A DNA stretch of 64,000 nt from Octopus vulgaris (GCA_951406725.2 OX597825.1:76880001-76944000); one strand, 5' to 3'. Positions 14,196-29,500 are shown, counted from the first letter of the stretch. Numbers and translations are program-made. Notes: a model not told the origin generated them from the letters alone.

Positions 14196-15053
14196 TGACT
14201 GACTGACTGACTGACTGACTGACTGACTGACTGACAGACAGGCAGGTAGACAGACAGCCATGATGTCCAATTGATATATATAGTCTCTTGGTAGATGGCT
14301 TTTTGTTTGGTAAATACTTGGTAGATAGGTACAAACTTGGTAGATTGATATACGAAGGGTCCTGAAAATTACCTAGCTTTAAGGGTATCGCCAAAAAGTC
14401 TAGTTGTAGGTCCAAATTTCTGAGTTCTTTTATAGGGGTTAGAAAACCTGAAGAACCGCTGTAGTAAGAATCTGAGAGGGGAATACCTTGATTAAAATCT
14501 TAATTAACTGATCCTCCTGTAATTTCTTTTACCCAAAACCAGGAACTTTCCAGCATCCCCTCGGAATGCCTATGAACTGGGTATATGCCTAATAGATAGC
14601 TTCGTTATCTGGCATATAACCAAATTTCTTGAAGATAGCTGGATGTCTGGTGGATAGCTATATGTTTGGCGAATAAATATGAAGTCTGGTATACAGCTGT
14701 TTGTCTTGCAGATAGATGAACGTATGGTGGGTAGATGGAAATCGGGCAGATAGGTGTATGTTAGACAAGTAGCTGCGTGGAATATAGTAAAGGTTCAAGA
14801 GATTGCTAGACGAAGAGACAAATTGGTAGTGAAATAGATGTATGCAGAGATCGATAGATAAGTTAAAATGTCCGATAAAAGACACTGATATGACAGGAAT
14901 CCCTAACATATATCCTGCACACGCATAGATGTTTTGTGTATCGGCGTGTGTGTATGTAAGTATATATATATGTACGTGTGTTTGTGTGTCTGTGAGTGTG
15001 CATGAGAGTGTATATGTATGTATGTATGCGTGTACGTATTTAAATATGGACGC

Positions 15054-15095
<42 letters not shown>

Positions 15096-15234
15096 GTATA
15101 TATAAATGTTTGTACATGTATGAACATATATATATACATGTCATTTATAAGTACACACACACTAACCTTCATAGTCATTCTTAAAACAGGCAGGTTTGTT
15201 ATATCTTAAGAAATGAGAATACTTGCCAATGTCG

Positions 15235-15269
<35 letters not shown>

Positions 15270-15711
15270 TGTACATACGTGTATTTGTTTATACACACAC
15301 GCACATGCAGCCATATATGGTGGTGTCCCAACACGACCACAGCCTTTGGCTGAAATCAATAGCTACATAAAATATATTATATGTATGTGTTTATATGTGT
15401 GTATGTATATACACATACATGCATATACATACTTATACATAATGTTCATATATATATGTATATACACACATATATATATAAACATATGTACGTACTTATA
15501 TGTATATATCTTCATATACATACATACATATATATTTATATATATATTCATATATATATATATGTAAACATATATGCACATATATACATGCATGCATATT
15601 TACATACACAAGTGTGTATGCGTTTGTCTATTTTTCTTTGTATCTATGAGTTTTCCTTCGCACCACTCACTCTCTTTTATTCCCTCTCTGTCCACATATA
15701 TATACATAGAT

Positions 15712-15765
<54 letters not shown>

Positions 15766-15767
15766 CT

Positions 15768-15861
<94 letters not shown>

Positions 15862-16328
15862 TATATATATATGCATATCTATACGTACATACATATATAA
15901 ATATATATACTTATATATACATGTATGTATGAATCTATATCTACATCTATATAGATGTCTGTGTTCGGTGGTGCGTTCTTAATGCGCCTGTGCACGGCTA
16001 ATGCGCCCGTATCCTGCGATCGACGTAGATATGCGTTAATGTTTATTAAGGAGACCATAACACAGGTAGAATTACCAATAATATTCTCAGTGAAGCGTGA
16101 CGTGACGATGACAAAAAAGGCTGAAGCTATTCACGGCAACTCAACAGCTGTATGGAATCTCCGCAACCGATGCCACCTCACCCCCCACCACCACCTCCAC
16201 CCCCAACTCCACGCCACCTTTTTTTTTTCTTTTCATTTTCCTTTTTCCTCCTTCGCTTGGAATTTGTTTTCTTTTTTTGTTATATTTTGCCCTCTCTGTG
16301 CATTCACATTTTTCCGCTACTACTACTT

Positions 16329-16359
<31 letters not shown>

Positions 16360-16596
16360 CACCACCGCTACCACCACCACCATCACCACTACCATCACCA
16401 CCACCATCACCACCTTCGTCGTCAATATTACATCTTCCATTATTGTTTATAATATTATCCTTTCTATTATGATTAGTATTATTATCATTGTTATTATTGT
16501 CGTTATTCTTTTTATCATCATCATCATCATCATCATCATCATTATTATTATATTATTATTATTATTATTGTCATTATTATCATTATTATTATTATT

Positions 16597-16629
<33 letters not shown>

Positions 16630-17409
16630 ATTTAGTGTTTCATTGTCTTCTTTATTTTTTCTGTCTCTTCCCCAACCACCCTTCTTTATTCCCATTCTTG
16701 TTTTGTGTGTGTGTGTGTGTGTGTGTATCTGTGTGTGCCTGTGTGTGTTCAGACCTTGCTCTTTCCCCTGTTATTCTCAACTCTCTCCTCTACCCCCTTA
16801 CTTTACCCTGAAACAGTTCCTGGTGCTTATAACGCACGACGCTTCATAAACTCCTACTTATATACTGAACAGACATTACTCAATCTTCTCTTCGTTTGTT
16901 TGGCCGCCATTTTCTTTTTCTTCTATTTTCTCCTGTCTTTCCATTTATTTGCACAAGACTTTTATTTTTTAGCATTTTGTATATCTTACTTAACGTGGAT
17001 ATATTGTAGAAAGCCAAAAAGAATGCAGCATTCTTCTCGAGACGTATAGACGTATAGTGCTAAACGTCATAGCAGTGTACCAGGCGCAGACGAAAACCGT
17101 CCCGCCGTGGCCGTGGATTTGATACATCTTGATTTCTGCGTAATTTCTACGTATCTGCGCGTCATCGGTAGCAAATATCCACTAACAACCGCATGCTTAT
17201 ACAAATTTAGCCTCTACTGATACAGAAAAAAAGAAAGCATTAAATAACAAACCACTGGTGTCGCAAATAGCCAGTAGGCTGGGTAAAAATTGCTTATTAG
17301 TGATGGAAGCAGTACTGGTTCTGAAAACCATTCACTATAGCTTACTTATCATGGATATATTGTAGAAAGCCAAAAAACTGCAGTATCCATCTCAAGCTAG
17401 CACTGATAG

Positions 17410-17457
<48 letters not shown>

Positions 17458-17628
17458 TTAGTCAATACACTATACATTATTCATAGAAGAATACAGTGTA
17501 CATTCAAACACATAAGAAATGACCATTGATAGGACATCTGCCTCACTAGAAAGAGCAGTTAAAACTCCAAGCCACTAATAGTTGCAATTCTGAAAGGGAA
17601 TGAAAAATAAAAATATTTACTCTATTTT

Positions 17629-17715
17629 TCCTAGACTATGCATAGTTTCTGCAATCATATATAAATTAAAATAAAATAATTTTAACTTATATCTGGCGTT
17701 GCTTCGTCAGTAGGA
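17629..17715 (-). ncRNA. Type I hammerhead ribozyme motif in a (TA)-adjacent Penelope-like insert (about 17450-17925)
   Basis: Minus strand: TCCTA-CTGACGA-aGCAA...TTGCa-GAAA-CTATGCATAG-TC-TAGGA. Stem I 5 bp, intact core, palindromic stem III, GUC cleavage triplet. Confidence 0.75.
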
Positions 17716-17947
17716 TGCCAGGGATCAACATATAGATACGAACTGATAAGTAACATGCTACGTGTCTATATGTTAAAATTTTTCGATTCCTCCGCGCAAA
17801 TCTGGAACTATCCGGCTGTAAATAAATTGCCGATTTTCTTTCAAAATTAGCCAAAAACCTTTTATCATTAATTTTACTATAGCCTTCTGAGTGGATATGG
17901 TAGGCGAAAACAAAAAGAGCCAATGTATGTATGAATGCATGTGTGTG

Positions 17948-17979
<32 letters not shown>

Positions 17980-18163
17980 TGTATGTATGTATGTATGTAT
18001 GTATGTATGTATGTGTGTATGTGTGTATGTATGTATGTATGTATGTGTGTGTGTATGTATGTATGTATGTATGTATGTGTGCATGTATGTATGTATGTGT
18101 GTGTGTATGTATGTATGTGTGTATGTATGTATGTATGTGTGTGTGTATGTATGTATGTGTGTG

Positions 18164-18194
<31 letters not shown>

Positions 18195-21100
18195 GTGTAT
18201 GTGTGTATGTATGTATGTATGTATGTATGTATGTGTGTGTATGTATGTATGTGTGTGTATGTATGTATGTGTATGTATGTACGTATGTATGTGTGTATGT
18301 ATGTATGCATTAATGTATGTATGTATGCATGCATGTATGTATGTATGTACGTACGCATGAATGCATGTATGTATGCATGCATTTCATGTGTGTATGTGTG
18401 TGTGCTTATGTGTCTTTGATCCCCACCATCACTTGACGACCAGTGCTGGTTTGTTTACGTCCCTGGAACGTAGCGGTTTAGCAAAGGAAAACGACAGAAT
18501 ATGTATCGGGCTTTTAAAAGTAAGTAATGGGCGCCAAGTGAATTGTTCGGCTAGAAACTTTCAAAGCCGTGCTCCAACATGGCCGCAGTCCAATGACTGA
18601 AACATGTAAAAAAATTCTGTATTCTTTAATTTGGCTCAGCATAAATGGCCGAGTATGAGATAGATTTAGAAAAAAATAACATCGTGAAATTATTTAGTAT
18701 AGTGGTTTGGTGAATTACAATTGAAACTAATTTTAGTATAAGTAATACTTCCTGATTTTACCTTATATTTACACACAGGTAAATGTTACCCTTACCGAAA
18801 ACCAGATGAAATTTTATGATTATTTTATGTAAATAACAATTCCAATGAACCTTCTAATATTTAGCAAACTTTCATCCCTAATATAAGTAAAAATATCCTC
18901 ATTATTTTTAGATCAAGCTACGTTTAATTCTGCTTCTTGTTATTATAATGAGGTTCTTTACAATTGTGGTTTTACAGATAAAATGCAATACGAAATCGCT
19001 CCAATGTTTCCAAGCAGAAAAATAAAAATAAACTATCCCGTAGCGTAGTTTTATTTTATTTTCCACATGTGAATATATGAATAAATATTGCCATAAATAT
19101 TCACAATTTATTTTTCATTACTCGATGGATCATAGATATAAAGTCTTTAACAGAAACGCATTAAGGTAGGCTATGCCTGCTGCATACATTTTGTAAGCTC
19201 AATTAAACATTTGAATTCAAAAACCCCTTTTGCAGTAATAATAATACATTCACTTCTTTTTTATGAAACTGCGGTTTCTCCAGATGAGCCCCCTTTATCG
19301 GTAATTGCATTTCGAACGTGTTAGTATATTGTGCTGGGGCACAACCAAAGAATAACAGTAAGTGGAAGGTTTCTAGCAAATTGGCCTAGAATTCTCTCAA
19401 AGCTCGTTTTTATAAGCATATTCATTATCCGAGAGTATAATAATAGGAAAAACAAATCCCATGATATCTAAATTCAAATGGTTAGTCCTTCAAAATGCTT
19501 CCATATGTTCATGAAATCTTTTGTTCTTATTTTAGCCTGCAAATTATTCTTAAATAGCGAGTTATTCATTTTGTTGCAATACGTAGCATGATCTTTAACA
19601 AAAAGTGTTAAGTGTTAGATTTTGGAAGATATGCTTCAAAAAACTAACTTTCCGATTATCTACCTCTTCCCGGTACCAAGTAAGCGATTTTCCTGTCGAG
19701 TTACAGAAACTCCTTCCTTATCTCGCCAAACCAGCAGAAATGCTGCGAGACATTGATGGCCCCCTGGGAAACCGATGACTGAACCAACGGCCCAGTTGTT
19801 CATCAATAAATCTTATACATCATGCAACCAATATCCCCACTGGTCCCACTTCCCTAGCCCCTAAAATATTGTAGACTACTCCGACTGTGTTTGGAAAACC
19901 TTGTTTATATTATATGCATGCAAACAGATGTACGCATGTATGTATGTATGTGTGTACGTACGTACGTATGTATGTATGTGTGCGTATGTATGTATGTATG
20001 TATGTATGTGTGTGCGTATGTATGTATGTATGTATGTATGTATGTATGTATGTATGTATGTATGTATGTATGTATGTATGTATGCATGTATGTATGTATG
20101 TATGTATGTATTATGTATGTATGTGTGTATGTATGTGTGTGTGTTATGTATGTATGTATCTTTTATTTGTTTCAATCATTTGACTGCGGCGATGCTGGAA
20201 CATCACCTTGAAGAATTTTAGTCGAATTTATTCCTTTAAAATTTAGTCGTAGTTATCTTATAATTCTGCTTATCATTGCGTTACTTAGCCCGTCGGTAAC
20301 AATTTCAGGTGATTGGAGAAAAAGAGGAATGAAGAAAAGAAGAGAGCAAAAGAGAGGGAGAGGAAAAGGGAGAGAAAGAAGCATCCATAGCGTGAGGTAG
20401 AGGGAATGTAATTGTAACACTTCCACGTGATTAGTTGGAGGGAAAGAGAGGAGAAAGAAAGAAGTGAGGAAAAAAGAAGATAAGGCGAGGAGTGAGACAG
20501 AAAGAGAGAAAAAAAGAAAAAGTGGGAGAGGGAAAAGATGGAGAGAGAAGCGTCCATGACGTGATGTAGTAGGGCGAACGTAATATTTATTACGGGGTTA
20601 AAAAAGTTAGTTGAAGATATAGAAAGAGTAATCGATATAATTTTAGCAGAGGGGTAATATTCTGATGTTAAAGTAGACAGGTAATAGAGAGGGGGAGGGA
20701 GAGAGATAGGGGAGAGAGACGAGGAGAAAGAGGGGAGAGACGGGGAGAGAGAAGAGAGAGACAGCGGTGAGAGATGATGATTATGATGATAGTGGTGATG
20801 GCGGTGGTGGAGGTGGCAGTGGTGATTGCATAGCGATAAACTTTTTTAATATCACCAATCACTTAACGCATGCGCATAAGGGCAATTCCGTGAAGTATTA
20901 ACGCTTATTTACTGGCAGATATAAACAATTTAACTAAAGATTGTATCATATGTACGGGATATTTTTGTTGTTGCTTATGGGAAAATGGTAAAATAAGAGT
21001 GAATATTTATTTTACGAGTGCTATGTATTAAGTCTATACAATTGTGCATAAAGTATATAAAGTGTATATATAAAGTGCACAAAGTAACCATCGTATTCCG

Positions 21101-21560
21101 ATTTCTTTCATTTTTCAATGAGTATCAGAAAAGCGATCTTTCCATGCAGACCCGACACATGCTGCGCTTTCAGGTTTTTTGGATAAAGCTTTCAGAATTA
21201 CCCAATAGGTTTACCATTAATTCCATAAAATATTCACGGGTCCCGCTAGTTCTTCATAGTATCAGCTGACCAATAATACTTTGTTGGGTGCATAAAATCG
21301 TAACTCCATGCATGTATGATATTTTCAGTCAGAAATATGTTTACAAAACTGTCGTATGTGGGACTGACTACACTTTTGAAAAATGCTAAACCGTTGTACT
21401 ACACTTCGATAATTTTCATATCTTGACATCTGAAGCAGCTGGAGATACGATAATTTGACCAAAAGAACAAACTATTACAAGCAAAATTAAATATTGAAAA
21501 AAAAAGAACCCGCCAAGTTTGGATATACAACAGTTTAACATAGTAGCAACGATATATATA

Positions 21561-21627
<67 letters not shown>

Positions 21628-21629
<2 letters not shown>

Positions 21630-21865
21630 CGGATATGTACTTGCATAGCAAGTGATTTGATCTGAGATCGTGTGCTGAAACGAAAACAATTGCAGCGTGG
21701 AAGGTGTTTGTAAGCCATTTAAGAAACACACAAAAGCCGTTCGAATCACTTCAACATTTAAGTTTAATTTGTCAAAATATTTTCGTCGCTTTAAAACCGC
21801 GACCTGTTCACTTACAAAAATCCGTGCTGCATCTGCAGCTTACAAACACCTTCCACGCTGCAATT

Positions 21866-21869
<4 letters not shown>
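21628..21869. mobile_element. (TA)n-embedded element with 32-bp inverted arms and degenerate hammerhead-like motif
   Basis: Arms 21684-21715 and 21838-21869 are perfect inverted repeats. Minus strand 21811-21774 reads GTGAACAG-GTCGC-loop-GCGAC-GAAAATATTTT. Confidence 0.55.
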
Positions 21870-21915
<46 letters not shown>

Positions 21916-21922
<7 letters not shown>

Positions 21923-22342
21923 TAGAGAATAAATCCAAACTTACAGGGAAAAATCAAATTTAGGATTAAATTCAATTTTATAGTAAAATATTATATTATA
22001 TTAAATTAGAGATAAAACCACTATTAGGCAAATCATACAATGAAAAACTTAAGCCAATACATAAAATTAATTAATTTATATTATTATCAATATATATCAA
22101 AAGTATTAAAAGTTTAATAAAAGATAATGAGTAAAACACTACGATCGTTTCATGGCTGTCCATGAAGATTGACTGTAACCATAACTCGAATTATTACGAA
22201 TTGGACAGCCATGAAACGATCGTAGTGTTTTACTCATTATCTTTTATTAAACTTTTAATACTTTTGATATATATTTATAATAATATAAATTAATTAATTT
22301 TATGTATTGGCTTAAGTTTTTCATTGTTTGATTTGCCTAATA
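21916..22342. mobile_element. (TA)n-embedded fold-back element with 141-bp inverted arms
   Basis: Arms 22022-22162 and 22202-22342 with 2 mismatches and a 39-bp spacer. Arms carry GAAACGATCGTA, a hammerhead 3' half with palindromic stem III. Confidence 0.7.
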
Positions 22343-22354
22343 TATATATATATA

Positions 22355-22683
22355 TGAACAATTGAGGGTAAAATTAATTAGTTATTAATCAATTTCACCA
22401 AAGTAGTGTTCAGTATGTAAAAGGACCATTTAAGGCGAATTCAAAATATTACATTATATAATTAGGGCTTAGTAAAATAAATTACTTTGCCACATACTGA
22501 ACTTTCTAGAAATAGCAGCCAAAAAGTTTTTTAGCCATTTCCACTACTTTAAGAAAATTGTTTGAGTAAACATTATCTGAGAGAAATTTTCTTAAAGTAG
22601 TGGAAATGGCTAAAAAACTTTTTGGCTGCTATTTCTAGAAAGTTCAGTATGTGGCAAAGTAATTTATTTTACTAAGCCCTAAT

Positions 22684-22691
<8 letters not shown>
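22355..22691. mobile_element. (TA)n-embedded fold-back element with 107-bp inverted arms
   Basis: Arms 22453-22559 and 22585-22691 with a 25-bp spacer; arms contain CTAGAAATAGCAGCCAAA. Confidence 0.7.
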
Positions 22692-22753
<62 letters not shown>

Positions 22754-23834
22754 CGAGAATTCCAAACGCAGTCCTAATAACCTTTCATGCGTATTCAACG
22801 GATTTTGCTGCTGTTGTATATACCCTTGCAAATGTGTCCCCAGATGTCTTTATCGATATTTTCGTCCCACGGTCCTTTCGTTTGTCATCTTTGTCCAGGC
22901 TGATGGTCGGTGCCAAATGTGGGTTTGGTGTGACACTTAACTATAGAAAGCTTGGTATTGGTTTTTAAGTATGGTTATTAACAATTATAGAAGAACGTCA
23001 AGTAAAAGTTGGAAACATATGTATTTGGGGGGATTTTGATGCTTCTGCGGTATGTAGGGGACCTAAGCTATAAGTTGCTTAGGCCGGTACGTTCTTTGAA
23101 ATAGAATAAAAGTCGAATATTCAGAGTACAAACAAGGGAGACGAATGTGGAAGGAAAAGAAAAAGCTGAAGGTAGAAAACGATATCGAGTAGTCTACCCC
23201 TCCACTTCTCCCTCGTTATGTTTGTCGTATCAACTATGCAGCCTCCATGTGGTCGACAAAATTTGCTAAAAATAGTAGTAAAACCGCCTTCAGATTAGGC
23301 ACTAACTTCTGGAAATAAAACAGAAATAAATCAGTAGAGCGACGCATTCAATAAACACTTTCCAAAGTACAGAAAGTTAAACTGGTATCGAGGTAATGCA
23401 CAAGGTAACCCCCTCCTACAAAAATATTAGGTCATGTGCTTATTGTAGAAAGACAGAGTATATAGAACTACATCGTCTAGTATTTACTTACTTTTCTAAA
23501 AGATTAACAAATAGTATTGAGTAAGGCGAGGGAGATTTAGCTGCTATTTCAAGCAAGTGGAGCAACTACGTATAAGTATGCTTTACGTTGTTGTTGCGAA
23601 GAGAATATAAACGCTAAGATGTGGAGCAGAGCACTTCATGTGAAGTCTTACATAGTTAAGACATATAGAGTAGCCTCCCTTGACTTAAATACTACAGTAT
23701 TAGTTTGACTTATAAGTACACGGATGATTCTCTACGTAGACACATACTTGCACACATCGGTAAAAAAAACGGAAATAGACCTTAGCTACGAACGTGTATG
23801 TATGTATGTATGCATGTATGTATGTATGTATGTA

Positions 23835-23882
<48 letters not shown>

Positions 23883-24112
23883 TGTATATATATGAAATTT
23901 GATCCAAACAGGATTATCGCTAGCAAAATATACGCATAACCTAGTCAAAGTTTATATAATATAAACAGGGTATATATTACATAAACACTGTATGTATGTA
24001 TGTATGCATGCATATAAATTCTCTCACACACACAAACACATACATTCAAAAATACATATATACATATATATACACACATATATATATATATACACATATC
24101 CATATGTGTATG

Positions 24113-24160
<48 letters not shown>

Positions 24161-24290
24161 CATGTAACGCTAACAACTTATAAGCAGACGGGATGTATAT
24201 AATATAGACCGGATATATTTGTAACTTAGTCTGAGCAGAAATCTCGGAGCTTTGCTCTTCGATATTTCAGAGGCTCTGAACAGTTACATA

Positions 24291-24360
<70 letters not shown>

Positions 24361-25147
24361 GAGCAAGAGTGTGCGCACGGGCGCTCATGTGCCTCTTCAA
24401 TCCTCTTGGCTGGAAAAAGAGGCACGGAGGAACTAATCTGTCTCATGTTTAAATCTACAAATTAGGTGTACATCAATTTGACCCTTTAAACAGGAGAAGC
24501 GGGTATATCCGTTCAAAATTTTATTACCGTTAGCTACAAAAAGCGGTTTCGAACGCACGGCTTTGAAAAGGAACTACTTTCAACTTATGCTGGAGCGCAG
24601 AAACCTTTCCATTGACACTTTATATAGGAGAAAAGTTTTCAAAAGAAAAGATCTTTTTTATCACATATTTCATAAAATACCGTTTTACAGAGCAAGAATC
24701 AAATATCTTTAATGGTGAATATGAAAACTATAGCTGCAAGAGCTAGTGACAAAATGTTGCAGAAACAGTAAATATTCAATTTTATCTTTTGATGGATAAT
24801 TAACATCATTACGGGAATGCTCATGAAAATTAATTCCGCATCTTCAACGAAATTAATTAAACGGTTTACAATATCTCTTATTATAAATATAATATAAAAT
24901 ATTTCAGTTAGCGCCATCGCATGAGTTATCTAGAGTTATCTGCCCTTAGTTTGTTGAATTTCTTCTGAGCAAATCGCTCATTGTTAAATAATTGAACTGA
25001 AATGTATGAACAAGCCTCTCTTTACGTATATCTCTCTCTCATTCTCCTCTCTAACTGTCTCATCTCTCTCCCTCTTCCTCCCTTTTCCATCCTGCTCCTC
25101 TCTTCTTCCTCCACCTCTCTTCTCCCTGTCTCTCTCTTTGTCGCACT

Positions 25148-25218
<71 letters not shown>

Positions 25219-26192
25219 CACAGACACATACATACATACATGCATATACACACGTGTGTGTGTGTGTGTGTGTGTGTATTTCTATAGAGATAGACAGAGA
25301 GTTACATATAAATACAAATGCAATTGTATATGGGGCGGGATGCGTATTTATATACACACGCAACTACATACATACACATACATATATGCACACACATACA
25401 TGTACAAATACACTCATACTTGAACACGCACGCACGCACACACACACACATCATTTTTACTTTATTAGCTCAAGAGCTGCGGCCTTGATGGGGCAGCTGT
25501 TGTATATATATATATATATTTTATGTATGTATATATATATATATATATCAGTAGATTTAGTTTTTAGTCACAGACCAGTCTGAGTGATTAAGTCCTAGGA
25601 GCAATTAAAACAAATCCAGACGTGACCCTCTCATATTTTTGCAGGTAAACTACTCTTGGACCGCTTACTCTATCTCTAAATTTAGAAGCAAATTCGGCTG
25701 CTATTTCTAGCAAGTCTTGTAGCGACTCCATGCTGGGCTCGCTATATCTATCAGTATGTTACGTAAGTATGTCAGCCTCAACTTCATTAGTTAGGCTGCT
25801 GTCTTCAAGGGAGGCTACTACAGGTTACACCTTACACAGATGTGATGTAGTACTCTCCCTTCTGAAATAAGCAATTTCTACGTTTTTTCTTATAGTTTAC
25901 TTAACTGTTTTTCATGTCCATTTTTCGCGTGGCTGCTCTTATTTATTTATTTTTTTCATAAGCAGTGGAAGCTGCTGCTTATGACAGATAATTTCACCAA
26001 GCGTTTATCGCTTATCGAAATTTATGCGTCCTACACACGTTCAAGACATAACACTGTCTTGACAGTGTCATGTCCTCCGTTTAATTTTATGGTGCCCAAA
26101 ATAATCAGAATAAGAAGCTGCCAATTCTTATGTAATTTTTCTTTTATCGCCTTCATCCCGAGGCTGTGACCATACTGGAGTATCGCCATTTA

Positions 26193-26430
26193 AGGCGGCG
26201 AGCTGGCAGAAACGTTAGCACGCCGGGCGAAATGCGTAGCCGCATTTCGTCTGCCGTTACGTTCTGAGTTCAAATTCCGCCGAGGTTGACTTTGCCTTTC
26301 ATCCTTTCGGGATCGATTAAATAAGTACCAGTTACGTATTGGGGTCGATGTAATCGCCTTAATCCGTTTGTCTGTCCTTGTTTGTCCTCTCTGTGTTTAG
26401 CCCCTTGTGGGTAGTAAAGAAATAAGTATT
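26193..26430 (+). mobile_element. SINE family B, near full length
   Basis: A-box-like GAGCTGGCAGAA, B-box-like GAGTTCAAATTCC, central GCCTTTCATCCTTTCGGGATCGATTAAATAAGTACCAG. Other copies at about 36271, 44564, 46138, 60912, 62215. Confidence 0.85.
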
Positions 26431-26636
26431 TATTTGGTACTCACTCCCTGGTTTTCTTTCTGGGGCGGTTTCTGGAGAAGTAGCGAGTTAGGCAGCTGCT
26501 CTTCTCGCACAATAATTTTTATCCCCTACATCCCTTTGTATTCCAGTATTTTTCCATCATAGCTAGACGGAGTTGCAGAATTAATGCACATATTCATTTA
26601 CATATGTGTGTGTATGTTTGAGTGCACACACACACA

Positions 26637-26707
<71 letters not shown>

Positions 26708-27501
26708 ATATTTATGTATATATGACAGTTTCCGTCTACTAAATTTACTCACATGCATTGGTAAACCGAGGATTATTTGTAGAAGACATTTGCCCAAGGT
26801 CTCTTCCAGTGGGGTTGAACCCGAAACCACTTGGTTGTAAAGCGAGCTTCTTAACCACAGAGCCATGTTTGCGCCTCAGTGGTTTCCTTTTATATGTTTT
26901 TTCTTAAACCCCCTCCTCATCCCAGCATTTCAAGCTCTGTAGTAACACTCTCGGGACAGTCTTAGATCCTTCATGAGTCCGACGAGAACTCACCAGCTCG
27001 GAACCCAACCTGATTTCCATAGAGAATAAGTGACTGAGATTCAAACACTCACTCCTCCCCACTCCACGCTCTATATGAACGGGAAGTCGGTCCTTCACAG
27101 GGTAAACTTCCCACTCATTGCTGGAACCCGTTTGCTGCTGTGCAGACTGGAACAACGGGAAATTAAATTTTTCGTCAAAAAACAAAATGCATCGTCCGGT
27201 CTTGAAAAGGAATCCCGATCATGATCTTGCAATTGTGAGTAAAACACCCTAACCACAAAGCCGTGCTCCCTTCATACGCTTCCAAGGGGGGAGATGGAAA
27301 ATTCTAAATGCCGAAGGGAGCGATAGGTGCGGAGATTGATACAGTTTTTGCTTGCTCTGACTTTTGTAAAAGAATATTTCTAGTTTTTATTCAGTATACG
27401 AATCATCTCGAAAATATTAGTTGTCGAAATGTTACTACATCATACTAAACGTTTCTATTATAAAAACAACGCCTGAAATTTGGGGTGAGTGGGCTAGCGG
27501 A

Positions 27502-27999
27502 CTACCCCTCAAAGTATTCTTTGTTGACCGTCTGGCCTGAGCAGGCGCAGTAGATAAATGATTCCCTTGTTGTCGAAAAAGAGGATTGTGAGGAGCTTCC
27601 CGGAAAACTTGCTTTGCTTGGCCTCTTGATTATAGTAACAGTGAAAACCAGATGCTTGGCTCGTAAGGATAATCCATAAGCAGTGTGGAACATTCCACAA
27701 CTTTCTGTAGCAATTTTTACCCCCCCCCCCATCATTTAACACAAAATTTTATTGAACTGAGACCTTCCAAATTATCTTCATCTCCTGACTGCATTCTACA
27801 GAGTAGTCAGTTGTGACGAGCAGTGCTTTGTAGGGTGTGTCCAAGTTGCTGTTAAAAGCTGTCTCCTTCAATCTGGAATAACAAACGTTGGCAGGTCCAC
27901 TTATTAGATGTACAGTAAGGATGTACTAAGATTACAACAATCGAGGACAGTTACAACTGCCTTTCCTTAATAGTCTCCAAACTTTTGGAATGCTCCTCG
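27502..27999 (-). mobile_element. Internally deleted mariner (Tc1/mariner) remnant
   Basis: TIR-like end CGAGGAGCATTCCAAAAGTTT next to TA at 28000. Frameshifted transposase motifs KLLTILFFDNKGII and GQTVNKEY. Confidence 0.7.
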
Positions 28000-28149
28000 T
28001 ATGTGTGTGTGTATGTGTGTGTATATATGTATGTATGTATATATGTATGTATATATGTATGTATGGATGGATGTATTCATGCATTCACGCGTGTGCTCAT
28101 ATATGTTTAAATATGTATATGCACTCATATATATACAAGTATACATACA

Positions 28150-28185
<36 letters not shown>

Positions 28186-28249
28186 TATGTGTGTGTGTGT
28201 GTGTGTATACGTACATATACATACATACATACATACATACATATCTACA

Positions 28250-28355
<106 letters not shown>

Positions 28356-28588
28356 TCTTTGGGAAAATTACTTGATATTGACAAGTTTTACTAAGAATGT
28401 AAAAGATTTTTTAGAAAATCGTTTTAACAAGTTATACATTCTTTATCAGAACGTCTCCAACCTTTGTGGAAGAAGTTTCTTTCTAGTGTATAAGCGTTTT
28501 ACGCGCGCACACACACACACACATACACAGACAGATAGATAGATAGATAGATACATACATACATACATACATACATACACACACACGT

Positions 28589-28621
<33 letters not shown>

Positions 28622-29196
28622 TACATACATACATACATACATACATATTTATAAATTTCTATAGACAATCATATATATATGAACACGCGCACACAAGTAG
28701 GGAGTAAGACAGAGAGAGAGGAAGAAGGGTGAGAGGGGTGCATATCTATCAATATATATGCGCATGCGCGCGTTTATGTATGCACGTGCGCATGCGTTAG
28801 TGTTTGTATGTATATATATATATATATACATATATAAAATGTATTCTCTTTGTGACGCCCAACCAATAAGTGTTAAAAAGACCGAAATGGAGCGTGAGAA
28901 AAACCGGTTGAAGCGACAGAGGCTATCTTGCGAATACAAAAAAGAACAAAATTTAGGAGAGGAGTGGAACAGCTGGACAGGAGGAAGACAAAGATATTGT
29001 CTTCTTCGTCGACGTTTCATTTAGCAACGGTGACAAAAACGACCGCAGAAGCCAAGACTTCAAACACCTCGATATTACATAAATCAACGCAAAAAGCTGT
29101 CGTTTGGAATTAACATGCAATTAAATAGTCAAATAGATTTTTATTTCTTTTTTTGTGTGTGTGTGCTACGCTTTTTTCTCTCTCTCTCTCTCTCTC

Positions 29197-29408
29197 TCTT
29201 TACTCTTTTACTCTTTTACTTGTTTCAAATCATTTGACTGCGGCCATGCTGGAGCGTCGCCATTTAATCGAGCAACTCGACACCCCGGAACTTATTCTTT
29301 TGTGAGCCCAGTACTTATTCCATCGGTCTCTTTTTGCCGAACCGCTAAGTAACGGGGACATAAACACACCAGCATCGGTTGTCAAGCAATGCTAGGGGGA
29401 CAAACACA

Positions 29409-29500
<92 letters not shown>

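Noticed and set aside
15955-16452. 165-aa ORF with non-repetitive N-terminus
   Set aside because: No domain or convincing splice signals; runs into microsatellites. More likely non-coding.
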